NCBI RefSeq assembly: GCF_018350175.1
Contig: NC_058368.1
Location: 163,992,001 to 164,056,000, forward strand
Reading direction: 5' to 3'
DNA: 64,000 nt
Origin: Felis catus
Taxonomy: Eukaryota
Below, piece after piece: positions 51,201 to 63,345 of this stretch. The notes below the pieces were generated by a model. It did no database searches. It was not told the origin of the DNA and was given only the letters and a program-made list of their open reading frames with translations. Each line of letters opens with the position of its first letter. Position 1 is the stretch's first letter. Made by a program: the position numbers and the translations under genes.

Positions 51201-51659
51201 ACAGTCTTTTTATAACAGCAGTATGAAACAGTATGCATCATCTATACACACTGAGTTGAAAAAATATTGTATTCATAAATTAAATTGGACATTTTGAAAG
51301 GTTAACGCAAAAAGCTACTTTGCTCTTGGTAATCAATAAGGAAAAAAGGATTTCAGGTAATTAAAATCTGTGAAGTGAACATTTCTCATTTGGAACCTAT
51401 TAAAAAGAATATAAGCAGACAGAGGCAAGAGATAAATATGGAAAACAAGTGCTTCAAAATTTTTGTTAAATGTTGGCAAGGGAGTATAATAACATATATT
51501 CAGAGGTCTGAAATAGTATAACATGTTATTACAGATAGTATAACGAAGTATACAGTCTATGTATAAGTTATGTATATACACTATTGAAGCATTAGGTTGT
51601 GATTTTAAAATATGTCCTTTGTATATTTTGGGCTCCAGTTTAGCTACTGTGTATGTCTT

Positions 51660-51808
51660 CCTTACTCAAAGTGTGACTCAGTATGAACCATGGATGCTGG
51701 TGAAAAATGCAGAATTCCAGACTCATCTCTGACCTACTGAATCAGAATCTACAATTTAATGAGATCCTCAGGTAATTTATGTGCACATTACAGTTTGAGA
51801 ACATGGCT
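51660..51808 (+). mobile_element. MER5A-like hAT-Charlie MITE
   Basis: ctcaaagtgtg...aaatgcagaatt...gacctactgaatcagaatct...tgcacattacagtttgagaa. Confidence 0.85.
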
Positions 51809-52261
51809 TTGGGTGATTGTCTCATAGTAAGGTGGGTTGCCTCTTAAAAACCTGTGTTCATTTTTTAGATGCAAATTAGTAGTGTTTTTGTTGGCTAAAT
51901 GCAAGCATGACCGACTCTACAGAGGTTCTTCTAGACCACCAGACTTCCTGCATTGTAGCAACGAAGAAAAATACTCTCTGAGAGTAGAGCCAGATTCCAA
52001 CACGACTTGCTTCTGAGCCCTTGTTGACATTTTTCTTTTTGTTCAGTGGCGGTGCTCTTTCCTCTTTCTTTACCATTTGGCTATCAAAATTTAATGTCTG
52101 GTTCTAGGTTATAGTTGCCTTTATCTAGACTTCAGGAATTGCCTCAGTGGAATTTTTTTTATACCTTTGTTGGAATAGTCTCAGTTCTTTAGAATTTTTC
52201 TAGAATTCTGACTGTGGTTATTATAGATGCTAGACTTTGAAACATTTGAATACTTGCCTTC

Positions 52262-52640
52262 TGTGGTGGTTAATTTTATGTGTCATCTTGACTGGGCTAA
52301 AGATTGCCCAGATAGCTGGTAAAATATTATTTCTGAGGGTGTCTGTGAGGGTGTTCGTGGAAGAGATTAGCATTTGAATCAGTACACTGAGTAAAGCAGT
52401 TTGCTCTCCCTAGTGTGGGTGGGTATTTATTATCTAATCCATTGAGGGCCTAAATAGAACAAAAAGGCAGAGGAAAAGTGGATTCACTTTCTCTCTTTGA
52501 GCTGAGACATCCATCTTCTCCTGCCCTTGGATATTGGACATCAGCTCCTGGTTCTTGGGCTTTGAGACTCAGACTATGAGCTCCCCCACCCTCCCTCCAA
52601 GGTGGGTCAGTCCTTAGATTGATTGCCTGCCTATGATTCC
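52262..52640 (+). mobile_element. ERVL LTR (MLT2B/D-like), 3'-truncated
   Basis: tgtggtggttaattttatgtgtcatcttgactgggctaa...gagattagcatttgaatcagt. Confidence 0.88.
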
Positions 52641-52914
52641 TGCTTCCCTCATTTAACCTTCTGGTCTCAGGCATACAGCCTCTGCTAGATACACTATGCT
52701 AGATTATAAAATTCATTTTGCTTTCTCTTCAGTTTTCAAATAGCTCTTAGAACATTGAAGTAGCATATGCTTCATTTTAGTTTTGACATAGAGTTGCAAA
52801 GATGTATCGTTTTTATGATGGCAGGCTTTTTTTTTTTGCTAAGGATTAAAATATATGGCTATGGCTTATGGATAATAAATATTTATCTATTTATCTACAT
52901 ATAATTTTTTCCAG

Positions 52915-53255
52915 TGAAGAATAAGGCCCTGTCCTGTTGCTATGTGGTATAAGGATAAATTATAAAAGACATGGTCTAGGGCACCTAGTGCACATTAACT
53001 GTGATACAGGTAAGCCAGTATATAAGTGCTGGAAGTGACAAAAAGGTCATCAGGTACTCAGAGTAGGAAGAAATCACTGCCTGATGTTCAGGAAAAAGCT
53101 CAGAGAGGAGGCAGTGTTAAGAATAGAACCAAAATGGGATAGAGAAATGGTATTCCCAGACCAGGGCATAACAAGGACACAGATGCTAAAAGAGATTTAT
53201 AGAAGATGGACCCAGAACCATAATGGACATTTAGGTAAGCTGAACGTATGTGAAG
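52915..53255 (-). mobile_element. L2 fragment
   Basis: Purine-rich L2 antisense phrases (aataaggccctgtcc..., caggaaaaagctcagagaggaggcag..., tattccagaccaggg). Confidence 0.5.
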
Positions 53256-53744
53256 GCAAACGGTGGGAGACAGAGGGATCTGAACACAATGAGCTAAGCA
53301 TGTGAACTGGACCTCTGGAAGGAACATAATTGTTTGTGACAAAAAAGGGAGAAAAATAATGCTGTAGGGAGAAAAGACACAAAGTACAGCAACTTTGTGC
53401 CTGAATACCTGGCTATGAAAGGCTGGCCATGGAAGGGTCACGCTTAGCAATGAAGAAATGTATATGAAGTCTTTCCTTGTCAGTCTAAACAAGATTTCTC
53501 ATCCAGAGGGAAAAATGATATATTAGAAATGAGTGGCACCATCAAGTGATGGGGTAGCCACATTTGGAATAATGGAAGACCTGGATAGACAGAATAATAC
53601 ATGGGTCGTATGTTTGGCCAAATGGATTTAATAGATTGAGAATCCAGCAAACCCATTTATCAAACTTTGCAGCTCAGGACGATGACTTGAGTAAAGTGGT
53701 TCTCATGTATCGGAAGAAAACAGGTGAGTTAGGGGTAAATGGAG

Positions 53745-53885
53745 AATAGTGTAGTGGAAAAAGCATTGTAAGACAAAGACTACAGTACAAATTCTGCCTT
53801 AATTCACTGTGTGACTTTTGGCAAGTCACTTAAACTCCCTGGGCTTCAGTGTCCTCATGTGTAAAATGAGGACAGTCTCTATTCT
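53745..53885 (+). mobile_element. MIR
   Basis: ctgtgtgacttttggcaagtcacttaaactccctgggcttcagtgtcctcatgtgtaaaatgagga MIR core. Confidence 0.85.
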
Positions 53886-56883
53886 TGACCAATGTGGAGA
53901 CTTTTTGCCTAATTTTCTAGTTCTTTTGAAGATCACAGTGAAACAACAAATTCCTTTGGGAGACTATGCCACTCAGTATGATGAGGTGGGCAATTTGTAC
54001 TTATTTTCTGAATATCAAGGTAATAAACAATTTTGTCGGATCTACTTTCCAGATTATTGATTCACATGGAACCATTGTGGGACACTAGGGGCATAGTGGT
54101 AGAAGTGAGGTGCTTGAGAAGTACCAGTGGACCCAAGACCCATATTCACTGCCTTACTGAACACTGGACCTGCTGGAGGAATCAGAGGAGGGCGGGAGTT
54201 AGAAGCTATTACTTGGGGACATCCTAAGGTCGCTCTCTAGAATAGGGTGTGATATTGGGCCTTCAACAAAAATATCCACTCTTAGCTTACAGTAAGTTCT
54301 TGCAACAATTTGTGATTGAGACTTTTGCTCCCAAGTGTGATATAGTCAGTTTATGCACTGCAGGGAATATTTGCCAGTCAGGTAATATATCTCATTGTAA
54401 TATTAAAAAAAAAAAAAAAAAACTCTGGTGGCTGTAGTCCCTGCTCATTATAGTTTTCTGCACAGTCTACTCTAGAAAGAAAACTGCAAAAATAGAAAAA
54501 GGTGTATTTTCAGAAAATTATTCACAATTAATGCCAAGTGAGTCAAATTCCTAAGTGTTTAAATGTCAAGGGAAAGACAATGCTAACTTGACCTCCTTCA
54601 ATTTTCATATGGAGGCTTGTGAAGTTTGGGTAGGATAAAGAGAAAAGCACCTTTTATTCCCAAAAGCTTTTTAAACCTGCCTTTAGTAGGCACTGTGTGT
54701 CTTCTTTTTGTAATCTCGGGTTTTATAGTCTCCTTTATCAATTGTGAGAGGTGTGGAAGGGCTAGTTTATATCTTTCAGAAGGGACACCTGGGTCAACAG
54801 GTTGAAAGAACTTTGAAAGTTATTTGTATCTTTGCCAGTCCCTGCATTGTGTGAGAATCACTGTAGCTAGTGTGTAAACTACCTTTGAATAAGAGACAGA
54901 AAATGGAATTTATCAGGGGACAATGCCTTTTGTTTAGAAGGAGCAACAAAAGATGAATAAAAGACCACAGCCAGTCTTCTGTGTTTAGTGTCCCATTTTT
55001 CCAGATAAAAAAGGGGATAATATTCAATCTTGATTGTGCACAGAGGCCTTTGGTACTTTAAGGAGATGGAGGAAGAAGGGAAATGAAAAAGAAATAAAGC
55101 GACCAATATGTTCTTGAACTGTGACTTCTGGCAGCTGCATTTAAAAAACAACCATTACATTTTGTGGGTATATCTGTGAGGCTTATCCATTATGTGTGCA
55201 AACACAATCTGATTAGTATTTGTTATAAGCTCGTCTTGTCTGCTTTTATTACAGACATCACCTTCAGATGTGGGGCCACTGCAGCTATTAAATCAGGAAT
55301 ATTTAGCTATTATTTGTAATAAATGTCAGCAGGGCTGAACTGAAGCCAGCAGGAAATGTTCAGGGCAGAAAACACACTGACATTCATTCATGCAAATTTG
55401 TACCACTGGTAGAATTAATCATAAAGAGGGAGGGTAGAGCATACAATGCATTTATATTACTGGTTTGGCCAATTCTCCTTCTTCCTGAATATGAGAGTTA
55501 TAATGAACAGAAAGCAATCTGCTGACAAATAGTCCCATGTGAAGTGCAGGCAGTGAGATTAACTTTCCAAAGCGGACATGTCTGGCTTTATAGTGGACCA
55601 CCCCTCCTTCCCTCCACACCACCCCAGCCCTCTGAGGCAGTTTTGCGGTGTCCTTTTTTCTCTTTAAAAGACTTCTAGATTTAGCATGCACATAACTATT
55701 ACCTCTTGAAATCACAGGGATGCTCTAAAGAACATTCTGTGCATAGTGCTGAGTATTGGGCCAGCCTTACCCTGTTACAAAGCACCCAGGGTGCTTATGT
55801 CACACTGGGAAGGTATAGTGATAGGAACTGGGTTGTTGACTATGAAGAAATTGTGGTTTGCCAAAAGGAAGAGAATTTAATTTTTTTTGAAAAGCTGCAT
55901 CTGTGCAAAGTGAATTGCAATAACCCATATAACGGGTTAATGCAGTGTCCTCTGAGAAGATTGCAGTCACCATCAGCAACACAGCCACAGCTTGCCCTGA
56001 ACATCGACTATCATTTAATTTGTAGGAGTGAGTAAAGTTAACACCAGAAAAGAGTTAGTGCATTTATTTTTAAAAAAAGGTGAGAAAAATACAAGCCAAA
56101 AGCATACTTTAAAACGTTTCTCATTTTTTCACAGCCTGAAATTATTATTTACCGGGAAACAAAAACTTCTTGAAAGAGCTGACATAAAAATTATAGGTGA
56201 CTTCAAAGATATTAATTATTCTTAGTTGTTTTAGTCCTATGATTGGAACAGAAAATACGGAGAACCTGAGATAAAACTATGCTTGATAAAGTAAACACAA
56301 AAATTCTTTTAAAAATTATATACTAATATTGGTCAAAATTAAGGAAAAGTCTTCTAAAATGTTTCATGTATCATAGAAGTCAGTTCAAAGTAGTGCTTTG
56401 CTAAAACATGTCATTTTCTCCCTACTACATTGTATCGTGCCCATATTTACAGAATGCATATTGTAAACTGAATACTTCTCTCCCTAATTTTAATCCCTGA
56501 TGTGATTATATTGCTTGCATTTTTTTTTGTCTTAGTATAGGTTTTAGAAGAGAACTCGTACAAAATGAAATGGAAAGGGACATTACTGTTGATTAAGTGA
56601 AGGTCATAATAGGTATAGTAACTGAATTGAATGACTTATACTATAATTAGTGACATTGGTAGTGACATCAAGGTGAGGGATGGAATGTGGTTTCACCTGT
56701 GGGATTTCTGCAGTACCAATGGAGAAAACCAGAAAAGCTGATGTGGCGTTGTGACTTCATGACTTTTCAAAGCTGAGCTATTCTTTTTAATAATGCCCTT
56801 ATGGTACAATTATTGATTCAATGTCTTATTCTCCAGAGGAATTTTAGGAATTATGGGAACGTATTTATTAAAAATAAATGGAG

Positions 56884-57100
56884 GGGCGCCTGGGTGGCGC
56901 AGTCGGTTAAGCGTCCGACTTCAGCCAGGTCACGATCTCGCGCTCCGTGAGTTCGAGCCCCGCGTCATGCTCTGGGCTGATGGCTCAGAGCCTGGAGCCT
57001 GTTTCCGATTCTGTGTCTCCCTCTCTCTCTGCCCCTCCCCCGTTCATGCTCTGTCTCTCTCTGTCCCAAAAATAAATAAACGTTGAAAAAAAAATTAAAA
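56884..57100 (+). mobile_element. Young CanSINE (SINEC_Fc1-like)
   Basis: CpG-rich; ggcgcagtcggttaagcg / tcagccaggtcacg variants shared with 9435-9652; perfect TSD aaaaataaatggag at 56870-56883 and 57101-57114. Confidence 0.97.
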
Positions 57101-57334
57101 AAAAATAAATGGAGAAGAGATGTATAAATCATTGGCAACAGCTGACATCTACCTACAGGGAAGGTCAGTATAAGCTGGTATTTATATTACAGATACACAG
57201 ACTATTAGACCTTATGTAGTTTCTAAAGCTGAGTCAAAATTTTGGCTTTGGGCTTCCTGGTGGCCAAAGAGAAAGAGCAATGTAAGCCTTAACATAATTA
57301 AAATTGTTAAAAAGAAGAAAAAGTATTAGTAATA

Positions 57335-57871
57335 TGAGGCAGGCAGACTCTATGGTGGCTCCCAAGATTTTTGTCTTCTGGTATTAAAATCCTATGTAAA
57401 CCCTTCCCTTTGAGTTTGGGGAAGATCCATGACTTCTAACTAGTAGAGTATGGCAAAGGTAACAGGACATGCATGAATACATGCGAGTGATTATATTACA
57501 TAAGGTTTTACCACCCATCTTGCTATGATTTTCAAATTCTCCCTTGATGCCTGTAAAGAAGCAAGATGGCATATTATGAGCCACCATATGGAAAAACCCA
57601 ATGTCACAGGGAAGGTAATCTCCAGCAAACAGCCAGCAAGGAACAAAAGCCCTGATTCTGGCAGCACAAGGAAACGAATGCTGCCAGGAATCACATGAGC
57701 GGATCATTTCCCATTTGAGCTTCAGATGAGACTACAGTCTTTGCTCACACCTGTATTGAAACCTTATGTGACTCTGAAACACAAAACCCAACCAAGTCAT
57801 TCTTGAGCTCCTGACCCACTGAAATTGTGAGGTAGTGTGTCTTGTTTGTGCAGCAATATATAACTTATGCA
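57335..57871 (+). mobile_element. MaLR LTR (MLT1E/F-like)
   Basis: ggcaggcagactctatggtggctcccaaga...gagcttcagatgagactacag...ctcctgacccactgaaattgtgag...gcagcaatatataact. Confidence 0.85.
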
Positions 57872-58112
57872 TAAATATGAGGAGAAATCTTCAGTTTCTT
57901 TGCTGTTTGGGTCCTAAAACTATCTTTATGTTTAATTTATCTTTGCGACCCAAGGATTTTTTTTCCTTCTCCCCCATCACATTGCCTGCATACTTCTTCC
58001 TCTTAGAAATTGGTTCCCTTTTCTCTCTAAAGACATAACTTCCGATTCCATCCTTTCTCCCTTTTCCATCTTGAGACAGTTTTTTCCTACACCCCTAAAA
58101 AAATGAATGTCC

Positions 58113-58225
58113 AGGGGCACCTGGGTGGCTCAGTTGGTAGAGCATGCTACTCTTGATCTCAGGATTGTGAGTTTGAGCCCCACATTGGGTGTAGAGATTA
58201 CTTAAAAATAAAACGTTTTAAAAAT
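58113..58225 (+). mobile_element. Short tRNA-like CanSINE without CT tract
   Basis: ggggcacctgggtggctcagttggtagagcat...gtgagtttgagccccacattgggtgtagagattacttaaaaataaaa. Confidence 0.88.
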
Positions 58226-58369
58226 CTATCTTAGATATCTAGAGAGACTACTTGCTGCTTTCTCTTCCTCTGCAAAATATTTTGATGCCACTTTGAAAGA
58301 TAAACATAGAACAACTTTCATAATAAAAGTATTACAAAGACTTTTGTAAAGGTGATAAAAATAATAGGA

Positions 58370-58575
58370 CACCCATTTATTAGGTGTCAGGCTCTGTTCT
58401 AAGTGCATACATGTTAATTCATTTTACATTAATAAAAACCATTTTAAAATGAAAAACTTGAAACTCAGAGAGGATAAAGAATTTTCTTAAGGTCATACAT
58501 TTGTTAAATTTAAACTGGAATCTGATTCCAAACAATTTGGTTTCAGAATGTGTGTTTTAACTAGTGTGCTATCCT
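58370..58575 (-). mobile_element. MIR
   Basis: ccattttaaaatgaaaaacttgaaactcagagaggataaagaattttcttaaggtcatac. Confidence 0.7.
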
Positions 58576-59021
58576 CCCTCTTAAAGTATCATAGTAGGGA
58601 AGACAGCTGTTAGAGGGTGTGTGATTGGATATAAAGCTGAGTCTAAGTTTCCTGGTGGTACTTTCAAAAGATGAAATATGCTAAATCATTTAATTTTCAT
58701 TGTGTAAGAATACATTTGTGAAATGGGCAATGAATCAACCTCCATAAAATAAAAGGAGATTCTAAGAGTTGTTTTGGCTTGCCTTTTGGGCATGTGGCCC
58801 AAATCACCTCATCAGGAGGCTCATTTCAGTGGCAATTTTGATTACTCTGAACTTTATTTAAGAGGGAAGCATTTTCTTTTTCCTTGATTATTCTCTCTGA
58901 AGCTTCAGGTTTAATTAAACAGGACCAACTTATGTGTCTTTCAGAATAAATCACCTTCAGTCTCTAGTAGCCATTCCTCCATCTCTATCTTTACCTCCTT
59001 AATTGTTGAAGTTTTGTATAG

Positions 59022-59434
59022 TGTGATGGTTCATTTTCTCTGTCACCTTGGCTGGGCTAAGTATGCAGACATGTGGTCAAACATTATTCTGCGTATTTGT
59101 AAGTGCATTTTTGGATGAGATTAATATTTCAATCTATGGACTCTGAGGAAAGCAGATTGACCTCCCTAATGTGGGTGGGCCTTACCCAATCAACTGAAGC
59201 CTTGACTCCAACAAAAGACTTACCTCACCCCAGCAGGAGGGAATTCTGCCAGCAGATAGCCTTTGGATTTGAACTGAAACATGAGCTCTTCCTATATTCC
59301 TGGCTTGCTGCCCCACTCCACAGATTTTGGAATTGCCAGCCTCCATAATCATATGAACCAATTCCTTAAATAAATCTTTCTACTTATGTATACACTCATC
59401 CCAATTGTTCTGTTTCTCTGGAGAACCTTAATGT
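59022..59434 (+). mobile_element. ERVL LTR (MLT2D-like), near full length
   Basis: tgtgatggttcattttctctgtcaccttggctgggc...aaagcagattgacctccctaatgtgggtgggcc...ttctgtttctctggagaaccttaat. Confidence 0.9.
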
Positions 59435-59830
59435 AGTAGCCATGTGGCCTCCTTTCAGCTATAGGAGGTAAAACTGAGATGTTAGAGGAATTCTGGGGAT
59501 ATTTAGAAAATGTATCCTCAGTAATAAAAAGAGATACAAAAGAGGAGACCCTCTCTTTTTTCACTTCGGACTTTATTGGCTGGTGGGATACCAAGACCAA
59601 TACCCATCAGTGTGGGACGAGAGAAGGTAGCCAGAGAAAATGAGATGATATGCCCAGGATGGCAAAGCAGGACGCCAAGAGATTGTTGTTGCTTGAGATG
59701 TCATTGAACTGATGAACTAGCCAACTTAAGAACCGAGTTCAGAACTTCTTTGCAGGATAGTAAATGCCTATATTGTTTAATGAATTCTAGTTGGGTATTT
59801 ATTTTATTTGCTGCTGAAAATACACTAATG
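59435..59830 (+). mobile_element. Old LTR (LTR16/MLT1-like) fragment
   Basis: gccatgtggcc...; end tattgtttaa...gttgggtatttattttatttgctgctgaaa. Confidence 0.45.
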
Positions 59831-59964
59831 GATATTTTGAACCACATTATGTGTCTCTAGAGAGTTGAACAAATAGATGTGGTATGCGAAATTATTAGAT
59901 ATTGATGACCAAATCATGTTACAACCTCATAAGAATATAGGGTTTAGGCGGTTAATCTATTTGA

Positions 59965-60478
59965 GTGAACGGTAGGGAGTGGTGAAGACTATAGGGTACC
60001 TGAAGAGGGTATAATCTGCCTAAAGGGCAGCTACTCAGCTCCTATGGATTGCTTCTTATTTGAAATTGCAATCCTGGGGGGCACCTGGGTGGTTCAGTCA
60101 GTTAAGCGCCGACTCTTGATTTTGGCTCAGGTAATGATCTCACAATCGTGGGATAGAGCCCCACATTGGGCTCTGCTATGAGTGTGGAGACTGCTTGGTC
60201 TCTCTCCTTCTCTCTCTCTGCCCTTTCCCCTCTTATCTTCCCTCTTTCTATGTCTAAATAAATAAATGAACACTAAAAAAAATAAAAGAAAATGCAATCC
60301 TGGCATTGTCATTTTTTTTAATTGTTGAGAGAATCTGAAAATCTGGATTTTTCTTTGAAACGTCCCAATTTTTAAAGATTTATAATGAATTAAATTTAGA
60401 AAAATTAAAACACGAGAGGACCAAATCAAAAGTTGAATGCCAGAGTCTACCTATAAGCTTCCAGTGTGCAATTCTGGC
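59965..60478 (-). mobile_element. hAT-Charlie element (MER102-like), interrupted by a SINE
   Basis: gggcagctactcagctcc...gaaaatctggatttttctttgaaacgtcccaatttttaaa...ccagtgtgcaattctg; reverse homologue of 33783-34625. Confidence 0.65.
60076..60287 (+). mobile_element. CanSINE (older type)
   Basis: TSD gaaa(t/a)tgcaatcctgg at 60062-60077 and 60288-60303. Confidence 0.94.
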
Positions 60479-62677
60479 ATAAAAAGTAGTAAATTTCTGC
60501 TAAATATAATGATTTCTTGTTTCATCTTATGTTACTGTGGTTAATATTTACCTCTGTTTCTTTGTACTGCATAGGTATCACAACTAATGATCTCTTAAGG
60601 CCACTCCTGGATTGTGATAATAAGATCACATTATCTGAATATATCCTAATCTGCTTATCTTCCCATCTGCTTTAATTTAAGACATTAAAAAGTAATTATG
60701 ATATAAAGTTTAAAAGACAGAAGGAATATAGAACACATTTTTTTTACTGTCATTTAAATTGATACCAAGACACTATTTCCTCTATAGAAATTTTCTATGA
60801 TTTCTTATTTTTCATTTTGTTTAGAAACATGCTTGTTGAATTAGCAACACAGTCCATCTAGATTTTAAATTCTAATCAGATGAATATGCAGAAATTCCTA
60901 TCCAGGCTCACCACCATTTATTTGACTCTGGGAAATTATTTAAACTTTTGAAAGCTATTTTTTTTTCCATCAGTAAAATATGGAAGTTGGGAATTTAAGT
61001 AAGTAACATTCCTTTTGACTGTAAGATATTGTGAGTCTTCATTTATGGCAATAGCACACAAGTTACATTTTGGGAAGAGTTTATAGTACTGTCTTTGTAA
61101 CATTATTCTCTAGTTCAAGTATGTTACCCTTTAAATAACTTGTAAGGGAGTTGATCCGTTAATCCACCTAAACTCTTAAACATTTTCAGAGTCCCAATTT
61201 GAATAACATTTTGAGGGTAATGAGTTCGATGTGTTCTGTAACCAGTAGACAATGAAGTACTTCATTTATTTGTTCCCAAATATAGATTTTAAAAATGAAC
61301 CACAAACATAAAAATATTTACATAACTTGTCCTCATAGGTGGGACTATGAGACTCATTCATAATTTCGTTGCATAATTAAACCTGTAAAAGTATAATGAA
61401 ATGGATGTAGTGATATTGCTGTTATTCACTACAGTGATGGAAAAAACAGCAGCAACAGCATCTCACCAGTATAGTATCATTTATCAAAAGATGACTTATA
61501 TTTTTTCAAGACAACAGGTTCCTCAAGCACACTCCAAAGGCATTCTGAATTTTCTTTTCGATATGTTTGTATCTATTTTCAGGCTCTTGACTAATTATGC
61601 CAAATTCTATATATCAATCTTCTGAGTGAATAGAACAGATATACAGTAAATAGAATAGCAGTTTCTTATTGAATGTGTATACAGAATTCAATGACTAACA
61701 AATATGACCTAACTCTTTAGGGAAAGAGAATAAAATCAACATGTGTCCAAACACTGAGGCTTGCTGTTCACAGTGCATTGAAATAACATGGATGGTCTTC
61801 ATCAGATATGGAGTTCTCACCAGCTTGAGATTTTTATTATGTAGAGATTTTGACGCCCTCTACTTTACATTCTAGGTGTTTAATAACCATTTGTATAAGA
61901 GAGAATTTTTAAGGAAACACTGCACCAAATTGGTTTATTTTGAAGTTGGACTATTTAAAAAAATTATCCTCTTCTGGAGATACTTTTTGCTGTATTCAGG
62001 ATTAGGAAACTTTTAGAGCTCCTGGAAGCAATAGGGGTGAAAGTTTTTTCATTTATTAAATCTAAGTTAAAAGCTGTCACACTTGATTCCTTAGCTGGCA
62101 GTTCTAAACTAGAGCATTTATGTTTGTTAAAAATTGATTTTTACCATGGCTAAAAAGTTGATTTATTTTTGTTTTTTTTTTCCTCAACCATTCTTATGAA
62201 AAGGAATGAATATGAAGTGTTTTTGTGAAATTCATATTGTGCATCCACTTGATTTTTTTGGCAGCTGAGATTTCTCTGGTTATTTGAATATGACCTTATA
62301 ATCCCATATAACCATGATCTGAGGTTCTTAAGTGTCTTCCAGTTGAGGTAGGAAATACGTCAGAACTCATTAAGAGGTTACCTGCATACTATATTGATTT
62401 TTATAAATTGCTCCTTAAATTATAGTGGGCATGATGACACACATAAAATCACTGAGGTCAGGTAATATTTGGATGAAATTGATGCATTTTGCTAGTAGTT
62501 ATAGACAGAGCTATTCTCTGGTACTGTGTCACGAATAATTGTACTTTGATAAATTATTTAAAATAAACATTTTTATCTTCATTCTCAGTGAAGGTTCATG
62601 TTAAGCAAATTGTGCTCATTGTTATGTTACAGCTGTCAGCCTTGATGCCTAACAAACTATGATCATTCCCAGGCCAA

Positions 62678-62760
62678 TCTTACCTGTCTACAGCCATTGC
62701 TGAAGAATTTGACCTATGCAGATAGTGGAACTCTGTCCGCCCCCTGATTCGACTGATTGG
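62678..62760 (-). promoter_or_regulatory. Candidate CCAAT/GC-box promoter with short exon and splice donor
   Basis: Minus strand reads CCAATCA (62754-62760), GGGGGCGGA (62736-62744), then CAG|GTAAGA at 62684/62683; motif-only evidence. Confidence 0.25.
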
Positions 62761-63203
62761 GAAATAGGGAAATAATTAGTGGTTAAGAGGGGAGCAGAAG
62801 CTGAAAGATGTCATGAAGGAATTAGAACCCTGAGTGATGATCATAAATTGAAGTTCTGAGGAGACAGAACTGTGAGTAATCAGTGGTTACAAAGAGGAGA
62901 AAGGATTGTAGATCTGTCTCTAGGTATATGAATAACACTAATGGAGCACGTAGTTGGCAAATAACTGAGTTAAGGTAATGCCAGAAGACTGGTGCAAAGA
63001 TTCTACCATGTTACAAGCATTTTATCCTTCTGAGCACCAGATAGTCTGGGTTTTTGTAGCTGTACATCTTTCCAGTACACTTCTTGTTATATGAGATAAC
63101 TCAACTTTGTTTCTATTTCTTGACGTGCAGTGAGAATTCATCCATTGTTTTTTCTAGCAGTGGAACCAGTTCTTTACATGAATTTTTTTTTTAGCTCACT
63201 AAT

Positions 63204-63205
63204 AT

Positions 63206-63244
<39 letters not shown>

Positions 63245-63345
63245 TTATTTTTTAAACTTATTGTCAAGTTAGCTAACATACAGTGTAGTCCTGACTTCAA
63301 GATTCCCATGATTCATCACTTCCATACGACATCCTTTGCTCATCC
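63204..63345 (-). mobile_element. Carnivore L1 3' terminal fragment with (TTTA)n tail
   Basis: gtcaagttagctaacatacagtgtagtcc...catgattcatcactt..atacgacatcc..tgctcatcc preceded by a TTTA run. Confidence 0.85.

Noticed and set aside
53084..53492. Overlapping ORFs of 61-130 aa
   Set aside because: They overlap an L2-like relic; low-information peptides without homology.
57115..57330. Possible DNA transposon fragment
   Set aside because: Only a vague resemblance; termini and family could not be supported.
58113..58190. Functional tRNA gene
   Set aside because: CanSINE head with an altered B box (gtttgagcc), a SINE-type 3' extension and an A tail.
236..60429. Recurring peptide family (MAQSVERPTSAQVMIS...SLEPASDSVSPSLS)
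   Set aside because: Translations of CanSINE copies, not a gene family.
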